Shown here in pieces: positions 17,914 to 27,700 of a stretch of DNA of 64,000 nucleotides. Each line of letters starts with the position of its first letter. The stretch's first letter is position 1. This stretch comes from a virus. The stretch spans positions 32,001-96,000 of IMG/VR virus record IMGVR_UViG_3300045988_168232; one strand, written 5' to 3'. A model generated the notes under the pieces. It was not told the origin of the DNA, searched no databases, and worked only from the letters and a program-made list of their open reading frames with translations. A program made the translations under genes and the position numbers.

Positions 17914-19161
17914 ATGGCAAAGCAACAAGGGTTTAAGTTTATTAAAGGTGTTTGCAGTACTGGTAGCCCGGCGGACATTTTCCTTTATACAGATGTGGAC
18001 TACTGGAGTGTTGATAACTTTCTTTGGGAGTTTGATTACCTGATTAATTATGTGAATCCAAGCAAAATAAGAATACATATCAATTCTGTAGGAGGAAGCG
18101 TTGTAGAAGGTATGAGTGTATTTGCAAAGATTCAAGATTGTGCTATACCGACAGAATGTATCAATGATGCTTTGGCGGCTTCAATGGGGTCAATTATTTG
18201 GGCTGCTGGTGATGAACTGTATATGAAAGACTATGCGTTACTAATGATTCATAATCCATTTTGCGATGTAAATGGGAATAAACAATATGACCAAACAACA
18301 GAAGCTTTTACAATGCAATTAAAAACTATTTACATGAAACGCTTCGGACTTAGCGAAGAGGATGTGGAAAATATTATGAATGGTAAAGATGGCGAAGACG
18401 GTACATTCTTGACAGCGACCCAGGCAATTGAAAAGGGCTTTGTTAAAGCCGACCATGTTATTGAAACCCCTCAAGCCGTAAAAGACAAAATAAATGCTGC
18501 TTTAAAAAGCAGTAAGGATATAGTTCAAATTAAAGCAGTTTATGGATTGATCTCATCTACGTTACCAACAGCTACTATTAACAAACAGAATATCAACTCA
18601 ATTTTAGAAACAATGGAAAAGAACGAAATTACTGTTTTTGCCGCTCTCCTTGGATTGACAGGAGAAAAGGCAACGTCCGAAAATGTTTCTGCAAAGATTA
18701 ATGAACTGAAGGCAAAAGCCGATAATGCTGATGCCCTTCAGAAATCACTTGACGAGACAAAAGGTGAGCTGACAAAAATCAATGCGGAACTTACCGGCGC
18801 AAAAACTTCAATCAAGAATTTGACTGAAGATTTGGATAAGACAAAAACGGCCCTGAAAGTATATCAGGATGCAGAGACAAAAGCCAAAGAAGAAAGAGTT
18901 ACAGCACTCATCGACAAGGCTATTGCAGAGTGTAAAATCAACAAGGAAGAACGTGAAGCCTATACCACTATGGCCCAAAACAATTTTGAACTTGCTGAGA
19001 ATGTGTTGTCAAAAATTCCGGCACGAGACAATTTGGGGCAAATCATTTCACAGGCAAATAAAGGTAATGCAGAAAAAGGAGTTCAAACTGAACAGCAAAG
19101 GGTTTTTGCAAAGGTGGATGAGGTTGTAGGGAAAGACTTCAAATTCCGTACCCTTAGCTAA
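17914..19161 (+). CDS. ClpP-like (S14) prohead protease fused to a coiled-coil scaffold domain
   Basis: N-terminal half carries IHINSVGGSV, AASMGS (Ser) and LMIHNP (His). The C-terminal ~200 aa is heptad-like and rich in Lys, Glu and Ala. Sits immediately upstream of the capsid gene. Confidence 0.72.
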   Translation: MAKQQGFKFIKGVCSTGSPADIFLYTDVDYWSVDNFLWEFDYLINYVNPSKIRIHINSVGGSVVEGMSVFAKIQDCAIPTECINDALAASMGSIIWAAGDELYMKDYALLMIHNPFCDVNGNKQYDQTTEAFTMQLKTIYMKRFGLSEEDVENIMNGKDGEDGTFLTATQAIEKGFVKADHVIETPQAVKDKINAALKSSKDIVQIKAVYGLISSTLPTATINKQNINSILETMEKNEITVFAALLGLTGEKATSENVSAKINELKAKADNADALQKSLDETKGELTKINAELTGAKTSIKNLTEDLDKTKTALKVYQDAETKAKEERVTALIDKAIAECKINKEEREAYTTMAQNNFELAENVLSKIPARDNLGQIISQANKGNAEKGVQTEQQRVFAKVDEVVGKDFKFRTLS

Positions 19162-19188
19162 AATTATTATAACTAAATTTATACAAAT

Positions 19189-20241
19189 ATGGCAGCATTT
19201 AATTTTAACGCAGGTCAGACCAACTACACCGGTGAGGTACTTGAAGATCTTTTGACCCTTACCGCTCAAGACAATGAGACTTATAAGGAAGGTCTTATTC
19301 ACATTAAGTCGGGCATTCAAAAGAAATACGCACTTCCGAGTGTTCGTCTTGGCAAGATTATCCAAGATCATAAGCCGACTCCGAATTCAAGTCAAGGCGA
19401 ATATGAATTTGCAGAACGCTATTTGGAGCCGGAAGATTTTATGGTTTATTTGGAATTCAATCCTCGTGATTTTGAGCAGTATTACCGCCCGTTCCAGCCG
19501 AAGGGCAATTTAGTGTTCCGTGAACTTGATCCGAAAGTTCAGTCTGTTATGATTCGTTTGTTGATGGAGCGCAAAATCGAATACATTAATCATGCCATTT
19601 GGTGTTCAGCAACGACAGAACAAAAAGCAAAGGTTGCTAGCTCTGATGGCAATATAACCGCAGGTAAAACTGAAATTGGTAGTGATGATGATGCTGGTCC
19701 GATGAAATATTTCAACGGTGCAATCGTGCGTATGCTTATGAATTCAGCAGCAGAAGAAACTTCTGAAGATGCCAAATGTGGTCAAATCAAAGTTGCTGGA
19801 ACAGGAACTTTTGCTGATGGTGCAGCTGTTGAAAAAGAACTCTATGCGATGTGGCAGGCTACAGCTCCGAAAGTTCGTAAAAAGAGTGGTTTGGTTATCT
19901 TAATGGACTATAAGTCATGGGATGCCTATAATCAGTATTTGTCCGACAAGACAATGAAATACAACGATAACCGTACTGAAAATGAGCATCGTTTTCAGGG
20001 TAAACGAATCATTCCTATGGTTGCATTACCTGATGACACAATCATTATGGGCTGTTTCACAACCGGTGTTGATTCTAACCTTTGGATGGGTATTGATTAC
20101 GCCAATGATGAAGAGGTTCTTCAGGTTGAAAAGCTTCAAGCTAATTCAGAGTTATATTTTTTCAAGATGTTGATCAAGATGGACGTAAACATTGTTCGTC
20201 CTTCTGAAATCACGGCACACCTTCCGTTCAAATATGAATAA
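19189..20241 (+). CDS. major capsid protein
   Basis: 350 aa, directly after the protease/scaffold gene and followed by a hairpin at 20254-20276. Called on position and size. Confidence 0.68.
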   Translation: MAAFNFNAGQTNYTGEVLEDLLTLTAQDNETYKEGLIHIKSGIQKKYALPSVRLGKIIQDHKPTPNSSQGEYEFAERYLEPEDFMVYLEFNPRDFEQYYRPFQPKGNLVFRELDPKVQSVMIRLLMERKIEYINHAIWCSATTEQKAKVASSDGNITAGKTEIGSDDDAGPMKYFNGAIVRMLMNSAAEETSEDAKCGQIKVAGTGTFADGAAVEKELYAMWQATAPKVRKKSGLVILMDYKSWDAYNQYLSDKTMKYNDNRTENEHRFQGKRIIPMVALPDDTIIMGCFTTGVDSNLWMGIDYANDEEVLQVEKLQANSELYFFKMLIKMDVNIVRPSEITAHLPFKYE

Positions 20242-20296
20242 TAAACAAGTGTTAGCGAGGGTACATAATCCTCGCTTCACTTAAAAAACTTACAAT

Positions 20297-20593
20297 ATGG
20301 GCAGAACAAGCAAAAAAAACGAGGCTGTTAATATTGAGGAACAAACAGTAGGAACAGTTCAAGAGGAACAGGTTGCTCAGGAATCACATGTCACTGAGCA
20401 AGCATCTGAACAAGTATTGAACAAATCTGAAAAAAAGGAAGAAATTCCTCCTCGTGTGGCAGATCTGATGCGTCTTTATCCTCACTATGAGGAGCTTTGG
20501 ATTACCACTAATGGGTTTGTACATCCAGTTGGAACTCCAAAGTATCTTTTGAAAGATGCAGTCCTTTATAAGAATAAATTTTATAACAAATAA
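20297..20593 (+). CDS. hypothetical head-module protein
   Basis: 98 aa with an acidic N-terminus. Confidence 0.45.
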   Translation: MGRTSKKNEAVNIEEQTVGTVQEEQVAQESHVTEQASEQVLNKSEKKEEIPPRVADLMRLYPHYEELWITTNGFVHPVGTPKYLLKDAVLYKNKFYNK

Positions 20594-20604
20594 AACTCTT
20601 TACA

Positions 20605-21978
20605 ATGGCTACGAATACTAATTTAGGAGGTGTTTTTACCACTGATATTGATGGTAAAAAGACCAGTAATGTGTTCCTCAGCACAGAAAATGTTGTTGGT
20701 CTTATTTTTGATACCAGTATCGTTGGTGGGCTTGAAAAAGCTCTTGGAACAGATACTGTAGCAGCTAAAGCTTTTGCAAATGGAAGTGTTGTAGAGCTTA
20801 ATACTTCAAAAGATCTGAAAGAGGCTGGTATCGACGAATCTGTTTTGGCAGGTATCGCAAAATACCATCTTGATTGTTTCTTCAGTCTTGCTGGTGGAAC
20901 GCAACGTATCTTTGTTTCATTTATGAACAGTGATGATGACGCTGATTTTGAAGCTGTAGAAAAGATGCAGCTTGCATCCGGTGGCATCATTTATCAGATT
21001 GGTGTATGGACTGGAAAACCTATTGCTACTAAAAACGGTGATGATTCTTATTCGGTTGAAGCGGGCAATATCTGTGCTAAACTTGAATCTGTTGCTGAAA
21101 TTTTAGGGGGTAAGGTTGGCATAACTAACTATGAAGGTAATGCTCCATTAAACATTTTACTTAATGCGCCTATCATAGATGAGGCTGTTGTGGATTTGAA
21201 AAAACTTCCTGATCTCAGTGAGATGGATTTTCCTAAAGTAACTGTACTTGTTGGGCAAGCTCCTACTGATACAGTTCATAAGCTTATGTATGATGTCAAT
21301 CATGTAAATGACTCAACTGAATCATTTGCCCCGGTTGGATGTGTTGGTGCTGCTATTGGATGTTTAGCGGTTGCCCCGGCAAATGAAAGTATCGCTCATG
21401 TCAATGGATTTAATCTTGCCGCAGTAATGCAGGATGCAGAACTTGGTTTTGGCAATATTGTTAAAGATGATGACAATGACGTTTATGGATCTGAATCTTC
21501 ATTTACCAATATTAAAACAATTGGTTATACCAAGCGTAACACTTATCTTCACAAAAAAGGCTATGTTTTCTTGACCAATTATGACGGGCTAGAAAATAGT
21601 ATTTTTTTCAGTAGCGATCAGACACTCAGTATTGGTGATTATCGTACAATCGCACGTTGTCGTGTAATGCATAAAAGTCGTAGAGTTGTTCGTCGTGCTC
21701 TTTTGCCACGTGTAAACAGTAATGTTGAGATTGATGTAACGACAGGAAAATTGTCCGCTTCTGAAATTGCAGAATTTCAGAATATTGTGATTCAGGCGCT
21801 TGATATGAATATGGTCGAACCTGGAACATCGAAACCGCAAATTAGTGGCCGTACATGTATTATTGATGAAAATCAAGATGTGCTTAACACTGATGCGATT
21901 GATATTCATTACAGCCTCGTACCTCTTGGAGTTACCAGTGTAATCAATGTTACAGAAGGGTTCACGTCAACCATTTAA
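20605..21978 (+). CDS. tail sheath-like major tail protein (paralog 1)
   Basis: 457 aa, immediately upstream of a tube-sized gene. Clear paralog of 23350..24633 (IYQIGVWTGKPI; FFSSDQTLSIGDYRTIARCRVMHKSRR). Confidence 0.5.
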   Translation: MATNTNLGGVFTTDIDGKKTSNVFLSTENVVGLIFDTSIVGGLEKALGTDTVAAKAFANGSVVELNTSKDLKEAGIDESVLAGIAKYHLDCFFSLAGGTQRIFVSFMNSDDDADFEAVEKMQLASGGIIYQIGVWTGKPIATKNGDDSYSVEAGNICAKLESVAEILGGKVGITNYEGNAPLNILLNAPIIDEAVVDLKKLPDLSEMDFPKVTVLVGQAPTDTVHKLMYDVNHVNDSTESFAPVGCVGAAIGCLAVAPANESIAHVNGFNLAAVMQDAELGFGNIVKDDDNDVYGSESSFTNIKTIGYTKRNTYLHKKGYVFLTNYDGLENSIFFSSDQTLSIGDYRTIARCRVMHKSRRVVRRALLPRVNSNVEIDVTTGKLSASEIAEFQNIVIQALDMNMVEPGTSKPQISGRTCIIDENQDVLNTDAIDIHYSLVPLGVTSVINVTEGFTSTI

Positions 21979-22011
21979 CGCCAAAGTTTAACCATATAAA
22001 ACTATATAACA

Positions 22012-22512
22012 ATGGCAGCAGAAATTAATAATGTAGCATATAGTTGGTCTATGATTCAACTTCAGACCAATTTTGATGGAGAAAGCGCTCAAGCCCCCAT
22101 CTTTGTGGATTGTACCGCAATCAAGTGGGACACGAAACGAAAAATTGAATCCATCTATGGACTTGGCGGTCAGCCTCGTAAACGTGGTTTTGGAAACGTA
22201 ACTTATGAAGCAAGTATCACATTGCCATATGGCACTCAAATTGCTTTACGTGACAAATCCACTGACGGCACGTTGTTAGGTCTTGGAGAATTCAATCTGA
22301 TTGTAAGTTGGGTAAATGATGTGGCGGCAAATGTAACATCAGAAACAGTCACTCTTGCCGGATGTATCCTTGCTGAAGGTGGTATGGATGCGAGTCAAGA
22401 TGATACTTCAATTACCAGAGAATTTGATTTGCATCCGCATCGTATTTATACTGGAAAGGTTCAATCCAATGCAAACATGAGCTGGTCTCACGAATTGTAT
22501 GGCGGTGCGTAA
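22012..22512 (+). CDS. tail tube-like protein
   Basis: 166 aa between the sheath-like and chaperone-position genes. Called on position and size only. Confidence 0.45.
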   Translation: MAAEINNVAYSWSMIQLQTNFDGESAQAPIFVDCTAIKWDTKRKIESIYGLGGQPRKRGFGNVTYEASITLPYGTQIALRDKSTDGTLLGLGEFNLIVSWVNDVAANVTSETVTLAGCILAEGGMDASQDDTSITREFDLHPHRIYTGKVQSNANMSWSHELYGGA

Positions 22513-22669
22513 TCGGTTTTCTTGTTTTATACTATCAGTTGTTAAGGGGCGGTCAGAAATGGTCGCCTCTTTTTATATATTTTTTGAGGTTTACTATTAT
22601 ATAATGATGGCGCATCAAATACGCCTCACTGAAGTATAATTTATAAACAATTAAAAACCAATTACAGCA

Positions 22670-23086
22670 ATGGCAAAAGAAAAGAAAACAGAAGTAGTCG
22701 AAGACCGACAGGCAACCCCAGCTATCGAGTTCATCAACGATGTGAATGTTCCAATTGAAGTACGTGAGAAAATTGTAAAGAAAGCAGAAGAACTAAAATC
22801 CCAGCACAAATTGCGTAAAATCTTCATCATTGTTGTTGAAGGTGAGGATGGGGATGATAAGCCTCTTTATATCGCTTATTTACGTCGTCCGAGCCTCATG
22901 CATTTCAGTCAGTATATGAATTTTGTCCAAAAGGATTTGGTACAGGCAAATAAAATGCTTGCAACCAATGTGTTCCTTGAAGGGGATCGTGAACTGGTTG
23001 ATGATGATGAGTTGTTCTTGTACGGCACAATGCAGCAACTCAGTCATTTAATTGATTCTCGCAATGCTGACATGGTAAAGCAATAG
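22670..23086 (+). CDS. tail assembly chaperone candidate
   Basis: 138 aa, acidic, upstream of the tape measure. A start-less 72-codon open -1 frame follows at 23071-23286. Confidence 0.4.
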   Translation: MAKEKKTEVVEDRQATPAIEFINDVNVPIEVREKIVKKAEELKSQHKLRKIFIIVVEGEDGDDKPLYIAYLRRPSLMHFSQYMNFVQKDLVQANKMLATNVFLEGDRELVDDDELFLYGTMQQLSHLIDSRNADMVKQ

Positions 23087-23349
23087 AGCGTTGCCGGATA
23101 GGTAAAGAAGATTATTTTCGACAACGCTTTGCACTAACCGCACACTACTATCCTAATTTAGATTTTAGCACTATGAGCATTGAGGATTTTGCCTTTTGGT
23201 CAGAGAATGCGTATTGGATGCATTCACAAATGCTTATGGTACAACAAGCAAATTCATTAGGTACACTAACAGGCGGTGCAAAATAGAATGGAAAAATAGG
23301 GGCTATTATGGCTCCTATTTTTTATTCGTACTATTATAAAGAAAACAAT

Positions 23350-24633
23350 ATGGCACAACTTAGTTATATTAACACCGGCGTTAAACAGAAACCGGATTTA
23401 ACCTTTAATATTCCGACTGATGAAAGCGTCGGGGCAATGTTGTTTGATATAAGTGGATTTGATAAACCCTTTGACGATTATCCATTGCTGTATCATAATT
23501 TTAAAGATGGTAAGATTCAATGTGTAAAGAACATGGATGATGCGGTTTTATTGGGTATAGCTAATGATGGTTTTATAAATGGTTTATTATATCATCATTT
23601 GTCTCAATTTTATGATTTTGTTGGCAGAAATCAAGCTGTATATGTGGCTATTGCTGATTGTTCAAAAGATTGGGATATTGTTCAAAATATGCAGCAACAA
23701 GTAAGTGGAAGGGTGTTTCAAATAGGAATATGGACATCCCAACCTATATGGAGAATGAAAGATGATAATACATTAGGTTTTACTTCTCTGATTACGGATT
23801 TACAATTACAAGCTGATGAGATTAATGGTAGGGTTGGCATATCTACGCATACTATGATACCTCTTAATATTATACTTTGCGGAAATAGCTACTATGTAAA
23901 AAATGGGGAAGTTAATTATAAAATTCTACCAAATGCAATTGAATTAAATTGCCCAAAGGTTTCAGTGGTGCTTGCACAAAATGGCTCTCCAGAAGCACAT
24001 CTGATACAAAAAGACAATCCATTACAAGCTCCAGTAGGTTCATTAGGTTTGATTATGGCATGTTTGGCACTTTGTGGAGCTGAAGAAAGTATTGCTTCAT
24101 TGGACAAATGTGATTTGAATAAAAATGAAGGATTCAACTACCCTGAATGGGGAGTTGGAAATGACGGTACTCCGATAGATAGTGTGCATCGTATATGGGC
24201 CAATATTATATCATCACGCGGATATATTATACCGGTTGATTACGAGGGTATAGAGGCTTCATATTTTTTTAGTAGTGACCAGACATTATGTGATGGGGAT
24301 TTTAGTACGATTGCTAATAATCGGGTCATACATAAATGCAGAAGAGCTGTTTGTACGGCTCTAATACCATATGTTAATAGTCATCATATCTATGTACCCG
24401 GAACGCATAATATCAGTTCAACATCAATCGCAATCATCACAGATTCTATTAATACTATTTTGGACTCTGTTATGAGAAATAAGCAGGGGCTTAATCAAAT
24501 AGATGGCAGAGTCGTGACATTTCTGGAAAATAATGATATTTTGGAAACAGACTCTATCGCAATAAAAATGGATATTAAACCAATTAATTATAGCGGATTT
24601 ATTTCAGAAGAAGTTTCACATGATATAGGATAA
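23350..24633 (+). CDS. tail sheath-like protein (paralog 2)
   Basis: Homologous along its length to 20605..21978 (VFQIGIWTSQPIW; FFSSDQTLCDGDFSTIANNRVIHKCRR). The ATG at 23350 (MAQLSY) is preferred over the track start at 23308, which overlaps an ACTATTATAAA motif. Confidence 0.5.
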   Translation: MAQLSYINTGVKQKPDLTFNIPTDESVGAMLFDISGFDKPFDDYPLLYHNFKDGKIQCVKNMDDAVLLGIANDGFINGLLYHHLSQFYDFVGRNQAVYVAIADCSKDWDIVQNMQQQVSGRVFQIGIWTSQPIWRMKDDNTLGFTSLITDLQLQADEINGRVGISTHTMIPLNIILCGNSYYVKNGEVNYKILPNAIELNCPKVSVVLAQNGSPEAHLIQKDNPLQAPVGSLGLIMACLALCGAEESIASLDKCDLNKNEGFNYPEWGVGNDGTPIDSVHRIWANIISSRGYIIPVDYEGIEASYFFSSDQTLCDGDFSTIANNRVIHKCRRAVCTALIPYVNSHHIYVPGTHNISSTSIAIITDSINTILDSVMRNKQGLNQIDGRVVTFLENNDILETDSIAIKMDIKPINYSGFISEEVSHDIG

Positions 24634-24656
24634 GTATATCATTATAAAAGCATACT

Positions 24657-24685
24657 CCCAAGCCTACAAGTGACTTGGGTTTTTT
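24657..24685 (+). terminator. rho-independent terminator
   Basis: Stem cccaag/cttggg followed by TTTTTT. Confidence 0.5.
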
Positions 24686-24727
24686 ATACACTATTAATAG
24701 GTAGTAAAACATTTAATTTTATTACCT

Positions 24728-27700
24728 ATGGCAGATTATAAAGATTATATCGTCAGATATGATATCCAAGCCGACGTAACAAAAGCCGCAGAAGGACTTC
24801 AATCAATCGCAAATATTGCTAAAGAATTTGAGGTTCCAATGAGAGAACTTTCTGCTGCAATCAAACAAGTAAGCCAGTCGGCATTTCAGTTAAAACAAAA
24901 CGCAAATATTTCTTTTACGCCTAAAATTGATGTCGGGGCATTCAACAACCAATTACGAAATATGGTTGTGCAAGTCAGAAGTGCCGCAACCGAAATGCAC
25001 GCTGCGATATTCGAGGCACTATCTGGAAATGCGCCTGCAACAAAGGCAATGCAAAAAGGCATTGGAACAGCTCTTAAAAGCAATAAATCCATTAGTGACT
25101 TAAAAAGCGACATAGCTGCTTACAATAAAGAGCTTGATAAACTTTTAGGCACGCCTATTACTAAAAAAGGAAAGACGATAAGAAATAGGGATGGCGCAAT
25201 TCAAATGGCTAAAAATGCCAAAATGGATGACCGTGTTATCGAACTGGAGTCTCGTAAGCAAATGCTCCAGAAGCTTATCAAGCAGAGAAGGGCAGATCTT
25301 GCACTTGCTGAACAACTTGAAAAAGAGATTTCTTCTAAACAAGTTAAGACTGATTCCAAAGCTAAATCACCAGCAAAAGAGACCACAGTATTAGGCACAC
25401 AACCAGCTAAACTTACAAATGTCACGCCGGCTGTTATCAGAGAGTGGAAAAAAGTGTTTGGAGATGCTAAAAGCAAATCTTTGACAGTTAATATCAAAGG
25501 GAATGCAGGAGGCGCGAACGGTGCATTAACAATCATCAAACAGATACAATCCTCATTAGAGGCATTGCAGACAATGGGCACATTCAATATCAATCCGGTA
25601 TTGAACATAGAGGCTTTTGCTGCTGCTGAAACTCAACTTAAAAGACTTGCGGCATTAAGTTCTTCCGTTACAGCCCCTTTTATCGCAAAAGACGAAAATG
25701 CACAAGGAGCAAAATTAGGTAGCCCAACAACGTCACTGACAAAAGATGAAAAGAACAAACTCTCTGAGGCAAAGAGGCAGATTAAAACATGGAATGAAAA
25801 GATAGCTGGTGTTCAGTCCAGACTTCATGCGAATAAAGAAAAATATGAGCAAGCACCCACTCCAGGATTAAAAGGACAGATAACACGTGATACAAAAACG
25901 CTTGAAAAATATCAAGTCAATAGAGCGGCGCAAGAAGATGTTGTAAAAAGTCTTCAAGGCAAAACCGCTACTGCTGTTCAATCCGCTACCAAAGGGGTGA
26001 AACCGTTATCCATTGATATTATAGGGAACTTAAAGGGGGTTAATGTCACTGGAAAAACACCTGTAGTGCCCATAATTGGAGAGCTTACAAAAATACAGGG
26101 TAAGATTACCGAAACCATCCCGGTCAATGTTAAAATTATGGCTGATCAGGTGGCTGCATCCATTAAGTCTATACCCACTCCAACATTAAATGTCAATGTA
26201 CGCCTGAATACAGAGGGGATTGCGCAACAGTTGCAGACAGTTGCTGCAAAACCAAAATCAGTAACAAAACCTGAGACCAAAACGGAAACCGTTCCTGTGA
26301 AAGGAATTGGTGCTAAATCTAAAACACAGTTTCCTAAAAGTACAACTTTAATAACAGGTGATATTGATACTAAAAATATCGTCAACCAAATAAAAAATAT
26401 TCCACGTCAAATGATTCCGATAGCGGTAAAATTGATGTGGGAAAAAGGTGCTGTTGGCAGACAAGAGCAATTGAAAAATCTTGCAACTAAAATTCCACCT
26501 GTAACAATTGCTCTTGATACCAAAGCAGCTATTGCAAAATTTGAAGAATTTATAGCCCTTATTAAATCAAACAGCATTCAAAACATACAAATTACTGCAA
26601 GCGGTAATACCTCAAATGCAATTACAAAGGCGGTCACTTCTGCATCAGCATCTTCTACATCGGTTATTGCCGGTGGAAACAATAATGTTACTGCAAAAAA
26701 CAAATCTCTGACAGCACAAGACAGGTATGCAAAATTAAAAGAGAATGCTGTAAAAAATGCAGAAAAAGCCAAAGCCGGTGGAAAGCAAATGGTTCTGAAA
26801 GGGCAAGAGGTTAGAGCCAAAGAACAAGCATGGTATGCTCAACAGCAAGCTATGTACAATCGTTTATTTGAGGCTGTTCCTAAACCTGATTACGGGTGGT
26901 TACAACGACAAGAAACACAAAGAGCTTCAGAATTGCTCAAAATGCGTGAAGATGCAACCGCTGCATTTGCTAATCCGACACCTTTTGAACGAAAGGAAGC
27001 GGCATCTCATAAAGAAACAGTTTCAAGTAGTATAACCAGACACCAGCAAAAAGCTGAAAGACTTAGAGCGCAAGCTTATAATTCAATGTTGCCGTTTGCT
27101 CAAAACAAAGAGCAGGCAAATATGATGGCTAAGCACCGCAAATATTTTAGACAGGCTGTTACAACTACTGGCATTACACCTACACAAGGAATGGACGCAT
27201 CTCAAATGCTGAAATACTTACAAGGCGTATCAAGTCAAATGCAGTCATCCAGTGTAGCTGTTCCATGGCAATTGCAAAATCAAATAAATAAACTGGAAGG
27301 GCAGATTGCAAAATCAAAAGGTATTATGAGTGGCGGTTCTACGCATAGAACTTCTGTAACACCGGTTAATAGTCAAAAAACATTTTTTGACCAGTCTCGT
27401 AAATGGGCTTATCCGTTTACTGGGCAAACTTCATTCGGTGCCCGTACCCCTATGGCTGTAGATATGGCTAAAGGTGCAGGTGTGATGTTTGCTGTTGGAG
27501 GTGCTATGTCCGCAATAAGTGGGGCATTCAACGAAGCTGTAGAGTATCAAAATACCATGCGTACAACACAGTCTATTCTTAAACATGGTACAGATTCATA
27601 TACTAAAGACTCGTTTAAGAATATGGAGCGTACAGTGCGTGACGTAGGTGTAAAAACCAAGTTCTCATCTTCTGAAGTTGCTGATGCTGCCAAGTTCCTT

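Noticed and set aside
20508-20990. 160-aa minus-strand ORF overlapping the start of the sheath-like gene
   Set aside because: It is antisense to two well-packed plus-strand genes and has no motif, so it is most likely a shadow ORF.
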